The position numbers were made by a program, and so were the translations under genes. A stretch of DNA of 64,000 nt from assembly GCA_964247055.1 (NCBI GenBank), contig OZ176052.1, forward strand, positions 13,082,001-13,146,000, given 5' to 3'. This stretch comes from Paragordius varius (taxonomy: Eukaryota; Animalia; Nematomorpha). The notes under the pieces were generated by a model. It saw nothing but the letters and a program-made list of their open reading frames with translations. It did not search any database and had not been told where the DNA came from. Numbering within the stretch: the first letter of the stretch is position 1; each line of letters opens with the position of its first letter. Positions 22,467 to 36,900 of this stretch are shown here, piece after piece.

Positions 22467-25400
22467 CAATAAATCGCATCAATACTCAAGTTAAACTTTG
22501 TCCTTAAAAATCGGATATTGGTCACCGGTGAACAAAATTATTTTTTATACATTCTCTTAGTAGGACTACATCAAAATATAGAGATAGTTTGACAAACTCT
22601 TTCATATCCGATTTTTACAACGATACTTTAAAAATTAATGTATTAAACTAGTCGCATCAATACTCAAGTTAAACTTTGTCCTTGAAAATCGGATATTGGT
22701 CACCGGTGAACAAAATTATTTTTTATACATTCTCTTAGCAAGACTACATCAAAATATAGAGATAGTTTGGCAAACTCTTTCATCCGATTTTTACAACGAT
22801 ACTTTAAAAATTAATGTATAAAACTAGTCGCATCAATAAATAAGTTAAACTTTGTCCTTAAAAATCGAATATTGGTCACCGGTGAACAAAATTATTTTTT
22901 ATACATTCTCTTAGTAACACTACATCAAAATATAGAGATAGTTTGACAAACTCTATATCCGATTATTACAAGGATACATTAAAAATTAGTGTATAAAACT
23001 AGTCGCATCAATACTCAAGTTAAATTTTGTCCTTAAAAATGTGATATTGATCACCGGTGAACAAAACTATTTTTTATACATTCTCTTAGTAAGTCTACAT
23101 CAAAATATAGAAATAGTTTGACAAACTCTTTCATATCCGATTTTTACAACGATACTTTAAAAATTAATGTAAAATAGTCGCATCAATAAATCGCATCAAT
23201 ACTCAAGTTAAATTTTGTCCTTAAAAATCGGATATTGGTCACCGGTGAACAAAATTATTTTTTATACATTCTCTTAGTAGGACTACATAAAAATATAGAG
23301 ATAGTTTGGCAAACTCTTTCATATCCGATTTTTACAACGATACTTTAAAAATTAGTGTATAAAACTAGTCGCATCAATACTCAAGTTAAATTTTGTCCTT
23401 AAAAATGGGATATTGATCACCGGTGAACAAAACTATTTTTTATACATTCTCTTAGCAAGACTACATCAAAATATAGAGATAGTTTGGCAAACTCTTTCAT
23501 ATCCGATTTTTACAACGATACTTTAAAAATTGATGTATTAAACTAGTCGCATCTATACTCAAGTTAAACTTTGTCCTTAAAAATCGGATATTGGTCACCG
23601 GTGAACAAAATTATTTTTTATACATTCTCTTAGCAAGACTACATCAAAATATAGAGATAGTTTGGCAAACTCTTTCATCCGATTTTTACAACGATACTTT
23701 AAAAATTAATGTATAAAACTAGTCGCATCAATATTCAAGTTAAACTTTGTCCTTAAAAATCGAATATTGGTCACCGGTGAACAAAATTATTTTTTATACA
23801 TTCTCTTAGTAAGACTACATCAAAATATAGAGATAGTTTGACAAACTCTATATCCGATTATTACAAGGATACTTTAAAAATTAGTGTATAAAACTAGTCG
23901 CATCAATACTCAAGTTAAACTTTGTCCTTAAAAATCGGATATTGGTCACCGGTGAACAAAATTATTTTTTATACATTCTCTTACCAAGACTACATCAAAA
24001 TATAGAGATAGTTTGACAAACTCTTTCATATCCGATTTTTACAACGATACTTTAAAAATTAATGTATAAAACTGGTCGTATCAATAAATCGCATCAATAC
24101 TCAAGTTAAACTTTGTCCTTAAAAATCGAATATTGGTCACCGGTGAACAAAATTTTTTTTATACATTCTCTTAGTAAGACTACATCAAAATATAGAGATA
24201 GTTTGACAAACTCTATATCCGATTATTACAAGGATACTTTAAAAATTAGTGTATAAAACTAGTCGCATCAATACTCAAGTTAAATTTTGTCCTTAAAAAT
24301 GGGATATTGATCACCGGTGAACAAAACTATTTTTTATACATTCTCTTAGTAAGTCTACATCAAAATATAGAAATAGTTTGACAAACTCTTTCATATCCGA
24401 TTTTTACAACGATACTTTAAAAATTAATGTATAAAACTAGTCGTATCAATAAATCGCATCAATACTCAGGTTAAACTTTGTCCTTAAAAATCGGATATTG
24501 GTCACCGGTGAACAAAATTATTTTTTATACATTCTCTTAGTAGGACTACATCAAAATATAGAGATAGTTTGACAAACTCTTTCATATCCGATTTTTACAA
24601 CGATACTTTAAAAATTAATGTATTAAACTAGTCGCATCAATACTCAAGTTAAACTTTGTCCTTGAAAATCGGATATTGGTCACCGGTGAACAAAATTATT
24701 TTTTATACATTCTCTTAGCAAGACTACATCAAAATATAGAGATAGTTTGGCAAACTCTTTCATCCGATTTTTACAACGATACTTTAAAAATTAATGTATA
24801 AAACTAGTCGCATCAATATTCAAGTTAAACTTTGTCCTTAAAAATCGAATATTGGTCACCGGTGAAAAAAATTATTTTTTATACATTCTCTTAGTAACAC
24901 TACATCAAAATATAGAGATAGTTTGACAAACTCTATATCCGATTATTACAAGGATACATTAAAAATTAGTGTATAAAACTAGTCGCATCAATACTCAAGT
25001 TAAATTTTGTCCTTAAAAATGTGATATTGATCACCGGTGAACAAAACTATTTTTTATACATTCTCTTAGTAAGTCTACATCAAAATATAGAAATAGTTTG
25101 ACAAACTCTTTCATATCCGATTTTTACAACGATACTTTAAAAATTAATGTAAAATAGTCGCATCAATAAATCGCATCAATACTCAAGTTAAATTTTGTCC
25201 TTAAAAATCGGATATTGGTCACCGGTGAACAAAATTATTTTTTATACATTCTCTTAGTAGGACTACATAAAAATATAGAGATAGTTTGGCAAACTCTTTC
25301 ATATCCGATTTTTACAACGATACTTTAAAAATTGATGTATTAAACTAGTCGCATCTATACTCAAGTTAAACTTTGTCCTTAAAAATCGGATATTGGTCAC

Positions 25401-28400
25401 CGGTGAACAAAATTATTTTTTATACATTCTCTTAGCAAGACTACATCAAAATATAGAGATAGTTTGGCAAACTCTTTCATCCGATTTTTACAACGATACT
25501 TTAAAAATTAATGTATAAAACTAGTCGCATCAATATTCAAGTTAAACTTTGTCCTTAAAAATCGAATATTGGTCACCGGTGAACAAAATTATTTTTTATA
25601 CATTCTCTTAGTAAGACTACATCAAAATATAGAGATAGTTTGACAAACTCTATATCCGATTATTACAAGGATACTTTAAAAATTAGTGTATAAAACTAGT
25701 CGCATCAATACTCAAGTTAAACTTTGTCCTTAAAAATCGGATATTGGTCACCGGTGAGCAAAATTATTTTTTATACATTCTCTTACCAAGACTACATCAA
25801 AATATAGAGATAGTTTGACAAACTCTTTCATATCCGATTTTTACAACGATACTTTAAAAATTAATGTATAAAACTGGTCGTATCAATAAATCGCATCAAT
25901 ACTCAAGTTAAACTTTGTCCTTAAAAATCGAATATTGGTCACCGGTGAACAAAATTATTTTTTATACATTCTCTTAGTAAGACTACATCAAAATATAGAG
26001 ATAGTTTGACAAACTCTATATCCGATTATTACAAGGATACATTAAAAATTAGTGTATAAAACTAGTCGCATCAATACTCAAGTTAAATTTTGTCCTTAAA
26101 AATGTGATATTGATCACCGGTGAACAAAACTATTTTTTATACATTCTCTTAGTAAGTCTACATCAAAATATAGAAATAGTTTGACAAACTCTTTCATATC
26201 CGATTTTTACAACGATACTTTAAAAATTAATGTAAAATAGTCGCATCAATAAATCGCATCAATACTCAAGTTAAATTTTGTCCTTAAAAATCGGATATTG
26301 GTCACCGGTGAACAAAATTATTTTTTATACATTCTCTTAGTAGGACTACATAAAAATATAGAGATAGTTTGGCAAACTCTTTAATATCCGATTTTTACAA
26401 CGATACTTTAAAAATTGATGTATTAAACTAGTCGCATCTATACTCAAGTTAAACTTTGTCCTTAAAAATCGGATATTGGTCACCGGTGAACAAAATTATT
26501 TTTTATACATTCTCTTAGCAAGACTACATCAAAATATAGAGATAGTTTGGCAAACTCTTTCATCCGATTTTTACAACGATACTTTAAAAATTAATGTATA
26601 AAACTAGTCGCATCAATATTCAAGTTAAACTTTGTCCTTAAAAATCGAATATTGGTCACCGGTGAACAAAATTATTTTTTATACATTCTCTTAGTAAGAC
26701 TACATCAAAATATAGAGATAGTTTGACAAACTCTATATCCGATTATTACAAGGATACTTTAAAAATTAGTGTATAAAACTAGTCGCATCAATACTCAAGT
26801 TAAACTTTGTCCTTAAAAATCGGATATTGGTCACCGGTGAACAAAATTATTTTTTATACATTCTCTTACCAAGACTACATCAAAATATAGAGATAGTTTG
26901 ACAAACTCTTTCATATCCGATTTTTACAACGATACTTTAAAAATTAATGTATAAAACTGGTCGTATCAATAAATCGCATCAATACTCAAGTTAAACTTTG
27001 TCCTTAAAAATCGAATATTGGTCACCGGTGAACAAAATTATTTTTTATACATTCTCTTAGTAAGACTACATCAAAATATAGAGATAGTTTGACAAACTCT
27101 ATATCCGATTATTACAAGGATACTTTAAAAATTAGTGTATAAAACTAGTCGCATCAATACTCAAGTTAAATTTTGTCCTTAAAAATGGGATGTTGATCAC
27201 CGGTGAACAAAACTATTTTTTATACATTCTCTTAGTAAGTCTACATCAAAATATAGAAATAGTTTGACAAACTCTTTCATATCCGATGTTTACAACGATA
27301 CTTTAAAAATTAATGTAAAATAGTCGCATCAATAAATCGCATCAATACTCAAGTTAAATTTTGCCCTTAAAAATCGGATATTGGTCACCGGTGAACAAAA
27401 TTATTTTTTATACATTCTCTTAGTAAGACTACATCAAAATATAGAGATAGTTTGACAAACTCTATATCCGATTATTACAAGGATACTTTAAAAATTAGTG
27501 TATAAAACTAGTACCATCAATACTCAAGTTAAACTTTGTCCTTAAAAATCGGATATTGGTCACCGGTGAACAAAATTATTTTTTATACATTCTCTTAGCA
27601 TGACTACATCAAAATATAGAGATAGTTTGACAAACTCTTTCATATCCGATTTTTACAACGATACTTTAAAAATTAATGTATAAAACTGGTCGTATCAATA
27701 AATCGCATCAATACTCAAGTTAAACTTTGTCCTTAAAAATCGGATATTGGTCACCGGTGAACAAAATTATTTTTTATACATTCTCTTAGCAAGACTACAT
27801 CAAAATATAGAGATAGTTTGGCAAACTCTTTCATCCGATTTTTACAACGATACTTTAAAAATTAATGTATAAAACTAGTCGCATCAATATTCAAATTAAA
27901 CTTTGTCCTTAAAAATCGAATATTGGTCACCGGTGAACAAAATTATTTTTTAAACATTCTCTTAGTAAGACTACATCAAAATATAGAGATAGTTTGACAA
28001 ACTCTATATCCGATTATTACAAGGATACTTTAAAAATTAGTGTATAAAACTAGTCGCATCAATACTCAAGTTAAACTTTGTCCTTAAAAATCGGATATTG
28101 GTCACCGGTGAACAAAATTATTTTTTATACATTCTCTCAGCATGACTACATCAAAATATAGAGATAGTTTGACAAACTCTTTCATATCCGATTTTTACAA
28201 CGATACAAAATTAATGTATAAAACTGGTCGTATCAATAAATCGCATCAATACTCAAGTTAAATTTTGTCCTTAAAAATCGGATATTGGTCACCGGTGAAC
28301 AAAATTATTTTTTATACATTCTCTTAGTAGGACTACATAAAAATATAGAGATAGTTTGGCAAACTCTTTCATATCCGATTTTTACAACGATACTTTAAAA

Positions 28401-31400
28401 ATTAATGTATTAAACTAGTCGCATCAATACTCAAGTTAAACTTTGTCCTTGAAAATCGGATATTGGTCACCGGTGAACAAAATTATTTTTTATACATTCT
28501 CTTAGCAAGACTACATCAAAATATAGAGATAGTTTGGCAAACTCTTTCATCCGATTTTTACAACGATACTTTAAAAATTAATGTATAAAACTAGTCGCAT
28601 CAATATTCAAGTTAAACTTTGTCCTTAAAAATCGAATATTGGTCACCGGTGAACAAAATTATTTTTTATACATTCTCTTAGTAAGACTACATCAAAATAT
28701 AGAGATAGTTTGACAAACTCTATATCCGATTATTACAAGGATACATTAAAAATTAGTGTATAAAACTAGTCGCATCAATACTTAAGTTAAATTTTGTCCT
28801 TAAAAATGTTATATTGATCACCGGTGAACAAAACTATTTTTTATACATTCTCTTAGTAAACATCAAAATATAGAAATAGTTTGACAAACTCTTTCATATC
28901 CGATTTTTACAACGATACTTTAAAAATTAATGTAAAATAGTCGCATCAATAAATCGCATCAATACTCAAGTTAAATTTTGTCCTTAAAAATCGGATATTG
29001 GTCACCGGTGAACAAAATTATTTTTTATACATTCTCTTAGTAGGACTACATAAAAATATAGAGATAGTTTGGCAAACTCTTTCATATCCGATTTTTACAA
29101 CGATACTTTAAAAATTGATGTATTAAACTAGTCGCATCTATACTCAAGTTAAACTTTGTCCTTAAAAATCGGATATTGGTCACCGGTGAACAAAATTATT
29201 TTTTATACATTCTCTTAGCAAGACTACATCAAAATATAGAGATAGTTTGGCAAACTCTTTCATCCGATTTTTACAACGATACTTTAAAAATTAATGTATT
29301 AAACTAGTCGCATCAATACTCAAGTTAAACTTTGTCCTTGAAAATCGGATATTGGTCACCGGTGAACAAAATTATTTTTTATACATTCTCTTAGCAAGAC
29401 TACATCAAAATATAGAAATAGTTTGACAAACCTTTTCATATCCGATTTTTACAACGATACTTTAAAAATTAATGTAAAATAGTCGCATCAATAAATCGCA
29501 TCAATACTCAAGTTAAATTTTGTCCTTAAAAATCGGATATTGGTCACCGGTGAACAAAATTATTTTTTATACATTCTCTTAGTAGGACTACATAAAAATA
29601 TAGAGATAGTTTGGCAAACTCTTTCATATCCGATTTTTACAACGATACTTTAAAAATTGATGTATTAAACTAGTCGCTTCTATACTCAAGTTAAACTTTG
29701 TCCTTAAAAATCGGATATTGGTCACCGGTGAACAAAATTATTTTTTATACATTCTCTTAGCAAGACTACATCAAAATATAGAGATAGTTTGGCAAACTCT
29801 TTCATCCGATTTTTACAACGATACTTTAAAAATTAATGTATAAAACTAGTCGCATCAATATTCAAGTTAAACTTTGTCCTTAAAAATCGAATATTGGTCA
29901 CCGGTGAACAAAATTATTTTTTATACATTCTCTTAGTAAGACTACATCAAAATATAGAGATAGTTTGACAAACTCTATATCCGATTATTACAAGGATACT
30001 TTAAAAATTAGTGTATAAAACTAGTCGCATCAATACTCAAGTTAAACTTTGACCTTAAAAATCGGATATTGGTCACCGGTGAACAAAATTATTTTTTATA
30101 CATTCTCTTACCAAGACTACATCAAAATATAGAGATAGTTTGACAAACTCTTTCATATCCGATTTTTACAACGATACTTTAAAAATTAATGTATAAAACT
30201 GGTCGTATCAATAAATCGCATCTATACTCAAGTTAAACTTTGTCCTTAAAAATCGAATATTGGTCACCGGTGAACAAAATTATTTTTTATACATTCTCTT
30301 AGTAATACATCAAAATATAGAGATAGTTTGACAAACTCTATATCCGATTATTACAAGGATACTTTAAAAATTAGTGTATAAAACTAGTCGCATCAATACT
30401 CAAGTTAAATTTTGTCCTTAAAAATGGGATATTGATCACCGGTGAACAAAACTATTTTTTATACATTCTCTTAGTAAGTCTACATCAAAATATAGAAATA
30501 GTTTGACAAACTCTTTCATATCCGATTTTTACAATGATACTTTAAAAATTAATGTAAAATAGTCGCATCAATAAATCGCATCAATATTCAAGTTAAACTT
30601 TGTCCTTAAAAATCGAATATTGGTCACCGGTCAAAATTATTTTTTATACATTCTCTTAGTAAGACTACATCAAAATATAGAGATAGTTTGACAAACTCTA
30701 TATCCGATTATTACAAGGATACTTTAAAAATTAGTGTATAAAACTAGTCGCATCAATACTCAAGTTAAACTTTGTCCTTAAAAATCGGATATTGGTCACC
30801 GGTGAACAAAATTATTTTTTATACATTCTCTTACCAAGACTACATCAAAATATAGAGATAGTTTGACAAACTCTTTCATATCCGATTTTTACAACGATAC
30901 TTTAAAAATTAATGTATAAAACTGGTCGTATCAATAAATCGCATCTATACTCAAGTTAAACTTTGTCCTTAAAAATCGAATATTGGTCACCGGTGAACAA
31001 AATTATTTTTTATACATTCTCTTAGTAATACAAAATATAGAGATAGTTTGACAAACTCTATATCCGATTATTACAAAGATACTTTAAAAATTAGTGTATA
31101 AAACTAGTCGCATCAATACTCAAGTTAAATTTTGTCCTTAAAAATGGGATATTGATCACCGGTGAACAAAACTATTTTTTATACATTCTCTTAGTAAGTC
31201 TACATCAAAATATAGAAATAGTTTGACAAACTCTTTCATATCCGATTTTTACAATGATACTTTAAAAATTAATGTAAAATAGTCGCATCAATAAATCGCA
31301 TCAATACTCAAGTTAAATTTTGTCCTTAAAAATCGGATATTGGTCACCGGTGAACAAAATTATTTTTTGTACATTCTCTTAGTAAGACTACATCAAAATA
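22464..31400. repeat. HOR domain 3: same monomer types as domain 2 in shorter or rearranged units (10-, 11-, 6-, 4-mers)
   Basis: gtaacac at 22914 and 24894 (1980 bp). catctatac markers are about 1800 bp apart, then about 1083 bp apart (23552, 25352, 26435). acaatgatac at 30531 and 31251 (720 bp). Confidence 0.8.
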
Positions 31401-33999
31401 TAGAGATAGTTTGACAAACTCTATATCCGATTATTACAAGGATACTTTAAAAATTAGTGTATAAAACTAGTCGCATCAATACTCAAGTTAAACTTTGTCC
31501 TTAAAAATCGGATATTGGTCACCGGTGAACAAAATTATTTTTTATACATTCTCTTAGCATGACTACATCAAAATATAGAGATAGTTTGACAAACTCTTTC
31601 ATATCCGATTTTTACAACGATACTTTAAAAATTGATGTATAAAACTGGTCGTATCAATAAATCGCATCAATACTCAAGTTAAACTTTGTCCTTAAAAATC
31701 GGATATTGGTCACCGGTGAACAAAATTATTTTTTATACATTCTCTTAGTAAGACTACATCAAAATATAGAGATAGTTTGACAAACTCTATATCCGATTAT
31801 TACAAGGATACTTTAAAAATTAGTGTATAAAACTAGTCGCATCAATACTCAAGTTAAACTTTGTCCTTAAAAATCGGATATTGGTCACCGGTGAACAAAA
31901 TTATTTTTTATACATTCTCTTAGCATGACTACATCAAAATATAGAGATAGTTTGATAAACTCTTTCATATCCGATTTTTACAACGATACTTTAAAAATTA
32001 ATGTATTAAACTAGTCGCATCAATACTCAAGTTAAATTTTGTCCTTAAAAATCGGATATTGGTCACCGGTGAACAAAATTATTTTTTATACATTCTCTTA
32101 GTAGGACTACATAAAAATATAATAGTTTGGCAAACTCTTTCATATCCGATTTTTACAACGATACTTTAAAAATTAATGTATAAAACTAGTCGCATCAATA
32201 CTCAAGTTAAACTTTGTCCTTAAAAATCGAATATTGGTCACCGGTGAACAAAATAATTTTTATACATTCTCTTAGTAGGACTACATCAAAATATAGAGAT
32301 AGTTTGCCAAACTCTTTCATCCGATTTTTACAACGATACTTTAAAAATTAATGTATAAAACTAGTCGCATCAATACTCAAGTTAAACTTTGTCCTTAAAA
32401 ATCGGATATTGGTCACCGGTGAACAAAATTATTTTTTATACATTCTCTTAGCAAGACTACATCAAAATATAGAAATAGTTTGACAAACTCTTTCATATCC
32501 GATTTTAACAACGATACTTTAAAAATTAATGTATTAAACTAGTCGCATCAATACTCAAGTTAAACTTTGTCCTTAAAAATCGGATATTGGTCACCGGTGA
32601 ACAAAATTATTTTTTATACATTCTCTTAGTAAGACTACATCAAAATATAGAGATAGTTTGACAAACTCTATATCCGATTATTACAAGGATACATTAAAAA
32701 TTAGTGTATAAAACTAATCGCATCAATACTCAAGTTAAACTTTGTCCTTAAAAATCGAATATTGGTCACCGGTGAACAAAATTATTTTTTATACATTCTC
32801 TTAGTAAGACTACATCAAAATATAGAGATAGTTTGACAAACTCTATATCCGATTATTACAAGGATACATTAAAAATTAGTGTATAAAACTAGTCGCATCA
32901 ATACTCAAGTTAAACTTTGTCCTTAAAAATCCAATATTGGTCACCGGTGAACAAAATTATTTTTTATACATTCTCTTAGCAAGACTACATCAAAATATAG
33001 AAATAGTTTGACAAACTCTTTCATCCGATTTTTACAACGATACTTTAAAAATTAATGTATAAATCTAGTCGCATCAATATTCAAGTTAAACTTTGTCCTT
33101 AAAAATCGAATATTGGTCACCGGTGAACAAAATTATTTTTTATACATTCTCTTAGTAAGACTACATCAAAATATAGAGATAGTTTGACAAACTCTATATC
33201 CGATTATTACAAGGATACATTAAAAATTAGTGTATAAAACTAGTCGCATCAATACTCAAGTTAAACTTTGTCCTTAAAAATCGGATATTGGTCACCGGTG
33301 AACAAAATTATTTTTTATACATTCTCTTAGTAGGACTACATCAAAAAATAGAGATAGTTAAGCAAACTCTTTCATATCCGATTTTTACAACGATACTTTA
33401 AAAATTAATGTATTAAAATAGTCGCATCAATACTCAAGTTAAATTTTGTCCTTAAAAATGGGATATTGATCACCGGTGAACAAAACTATTTTTTATACAT
33501 TCTCTTAGTAAGACTACATCAAAATATAGAAATAGTTTGACAAACTCTTTCATATCCGATTTTTACAACGATACTTTAAAAATTAATGTATTAAAATAGT
33601 CGCATCAATACTCAAGTTAAACTTTGTCCTTAAAAATCGGATATTGGTCACCGGTGAACAAAATTATTTTTTATACATTCTCTTAGCAAGACTACATCAA
33701 AATATAGAGATAGTTTGACAAACTCTTTCATATCCGATTTTTACAACGATACTTTAAAAATTAATGTATAAAACTAGTCGTATCAATAAATCGCATCAAT
33801 ACTCAAGTTAAATTTTGTCCTTAAAAATCGGATATTGGTCACCGGTGAACAAAATTATTTTTTATACATTCTCTTAGTAGGACTACATAAAAATATAATA
33901 GTTTGGCAAACTCTTTCATATCCGATTTTTACAACGATACTTTAAAAATTAATGTATAAAACTAGTCGCATCAATACTCAAGTTAAACTTTGTCCTTAA

Positions 34000-36900
34000 A
34001 AATCGGATATTCGTCACCGGTGAACAAAATTATTTTTTATACATTCTCTTAGCAAGACTACATCAAAATATAGAAATAGTTTGACAAACTCTTTCATATC
34101 CGATTTTAACAACGATACTTTAAAAATTAATGTATTAAACTAGTCGCATCAATACTCAAGTTAAACTTTGTCCTTAAAAATCGGATATTGGTCACCGGTG
34201 AACAAAATTATTTTTTATACATTCTCTTAGTAAGACTACATCAAAATATAGAGATAGTTTGACAAACTCTATATCCGATTATTACAAGGATACATTAAAA
34301 ATTAGTGTATAAAACTAGTCGCATCAATACTCAAGTTAAACTTTGTCCTTAAAAATCGAATATTGGTCACCGGTGAACAAAATTATTTTTTATACATTCT
34401 CTTAGTAAGACTACATCAAAATATAGAGATAGTTTGACAAACTCTATATCCGATTATTACAAGGATACATTAAAAATTAGTGTATAAAACTAGTCGCATC
34501 AATACTCAAGTTAAACTTTGTCCTTAAAAATCGAATATTGGTCACCGGTGAACAAAATTATTTTTTATACATTCTCTTAGTAATACTACATCAAAATATA
34601 GAGATAGTTTGACAAACTCTATATCCGATTATTACAAGGATACATTAAAAATTAGTGTATAAAACTAGTCGCATCAATACTCAAGTTAAACTTTGTTCGA
34701 ATATTGGTCACCGGTGAACAAAATTATTTTTTATACATTTTCTTAGTAAGACTACATCAAAATATAGAGATAGTTTGACAAACTCTATATCCGATTATTA
34801 CAAGGATACATAAAAAATTAGTGTATAAAACTAGTCGCATCAATACTCAAGTTAAACTTTGTCCTTAAAAATCGAATATTGGTCACCGGTGAACAAAATT
34901 ATTTTTTATACATTCTCTTAGTAATACTACATCAAAATATAGAGATAGTTTGACAAACTCTATATCCGATTATTACAAGGATACATTAAAAATTAGTGTA
35001 TAAAACTAGTCGCATCAATACTCAAGTTAAACTTTGTCCTTAAAAATCGAATATTGGTCACCGGTGAACAAAATTATTTTTTATACATTTTCTTAGTAAG
35101 ACTACATCAAAATATAGAGATAGTTTGACAAACTCTATATCCGATTATTACAAGGATACATTAAAAATTAGTGTATAAAACTAGTCGCATCAATACTCAA
35201 TAAACTTTGTCCTTAAAAATCGGATATTGGTCACCGGTGAACAAAATTATTTTTTATACATTCTCTTAGTAAGACTACATCAAAATATAGAGATAGTTTG
35301 ACAAACTCTATATCCGATTATTACAAGGATACATTAAAAATTAGTGTATAAAACTAGTCGCATCAATACTCAAGTTAAACTTTGTCCTTAAAAATCGAAT
35401 ATTGGTCACCGGTGAACAAAATTATTTTTTATACATTCTCTTAGTAAGACTACATCAAAATATAGAGATAGTTTGACAAACTCTATATCCGATTATTACA
35501 AGGATACATTAAAAATTAGTGTATAAAACTAGTCGCATCAATACTCAAGTTAAACTTTGTCCTTAAAAATCGGATATTGGTCACCGGTGAACAAAATTAT
35601 TTTTTATACATTCTCTTAGCAAGACTACATCAAAATATAGAAATAGTTTGACAAACTCTTTCATCCGATTTTTACAACGATACTTTAAAAATTAATGTAT
35701 AAAACTAGTCGCATCAATATTCAAGTTAAACTTTGTCCTTAAAAATCGAATATTGGTCACCGGTGAACAAAATTATTTTTTATACATTCTCTTAGTAAGA
35801 CTACATCAAAATATAGAGATAGTTTGACACACTCTATATCCGATTATTACAAGGATACATTAAAAATTATTGTATAAAACTAGTCGCATCAATACTCAAG
35901 TTAAACTTTGTCCTTAAAAATCGGATATTGGTCACCGGTGAACAAAATTATTTTTTATACATTCTCTTTACATCAAAATATAGAGATAGTTTGGCAAACT
36001 CTTTCATCCGATTTTTACAGCGATACTTTAAAAATTAATGTATTAAAATAGTCGCATCAATACTCAAGTTAAATTTTGTCCTTAAAAATGGGATATTGAT
36101 CACCGGTGAACAAAACTATTTTTTATACATTCTCTTAGTAAGACTACATCAAAATATAGAAATAGTTTGACAAACTCTTTCATATCCGATTTTTACAACG
36201 ATACTTTAAAAATTAATGTATTAAAATAGTCGCATCAATACTCAAGTTAAACTTTGTCCTTAAAAATCGGATATTGGTCACCGGTGAACAAAATTATTTT
36301 TTATACATTCTCTTAGTAGGACTACATAAAAATATAATAGTTTGGCAAACTCTTTCATATCCGATTTTTACAACGATACTTTAAAAATTAATGTATAAAA
36401 CTAGTCGCGTCAATACTTAAGTTAAACTTTGTCCTTAAAAATCGAATATTGGTCACCGGTGAACAAAATAATTTTTATACATTCTCTTAGTAGGACTACA
36501 TCAAAATATAGAGATAGTTTGGCAAACTCTTTCATCCGATTTTTACAACGATACTTTAAAAATTAATGTAGTCGCATCAATACTCAAGTTAAACTTTGTC
36601 CTTAAAAATCGGATATTGGTCACCGGTGAACAAAATTATTTTTTATACATTCTCTTAGCAAGACTACATCAAAATATAGAAATAGTTTGACAAACTCTTT
36701 CATATCCGATTTTAACAACGATACTTTAAAAATTAATGTATTAAACTAGTCGCATCAATACTCAAGTTAAACTTTGTCCTTAAAAATCGGATATTGGTCA
36801 CCGGTGAACAAAATTATTTTTTATACATTCTCTTAGTAAGACTACATCAAAATATAGAGATAGTTTGACAAACTCTATATCCGATTATTACAAGGATACA

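Noticed and set aside
21308-22469. ORFs 21308-21517 (-) and 22275-22469 (-)
   Set aside because: Shadows of the RT ORF; the poly-Ile start is simply the (ATT)n tail read backwards.
17315-22480. Target site duplication flanking the LINE
   Set aside because: The flanks are consecutive parts of the monomer with bases missing; no direct repeat is present beyond the satellite periodicity.
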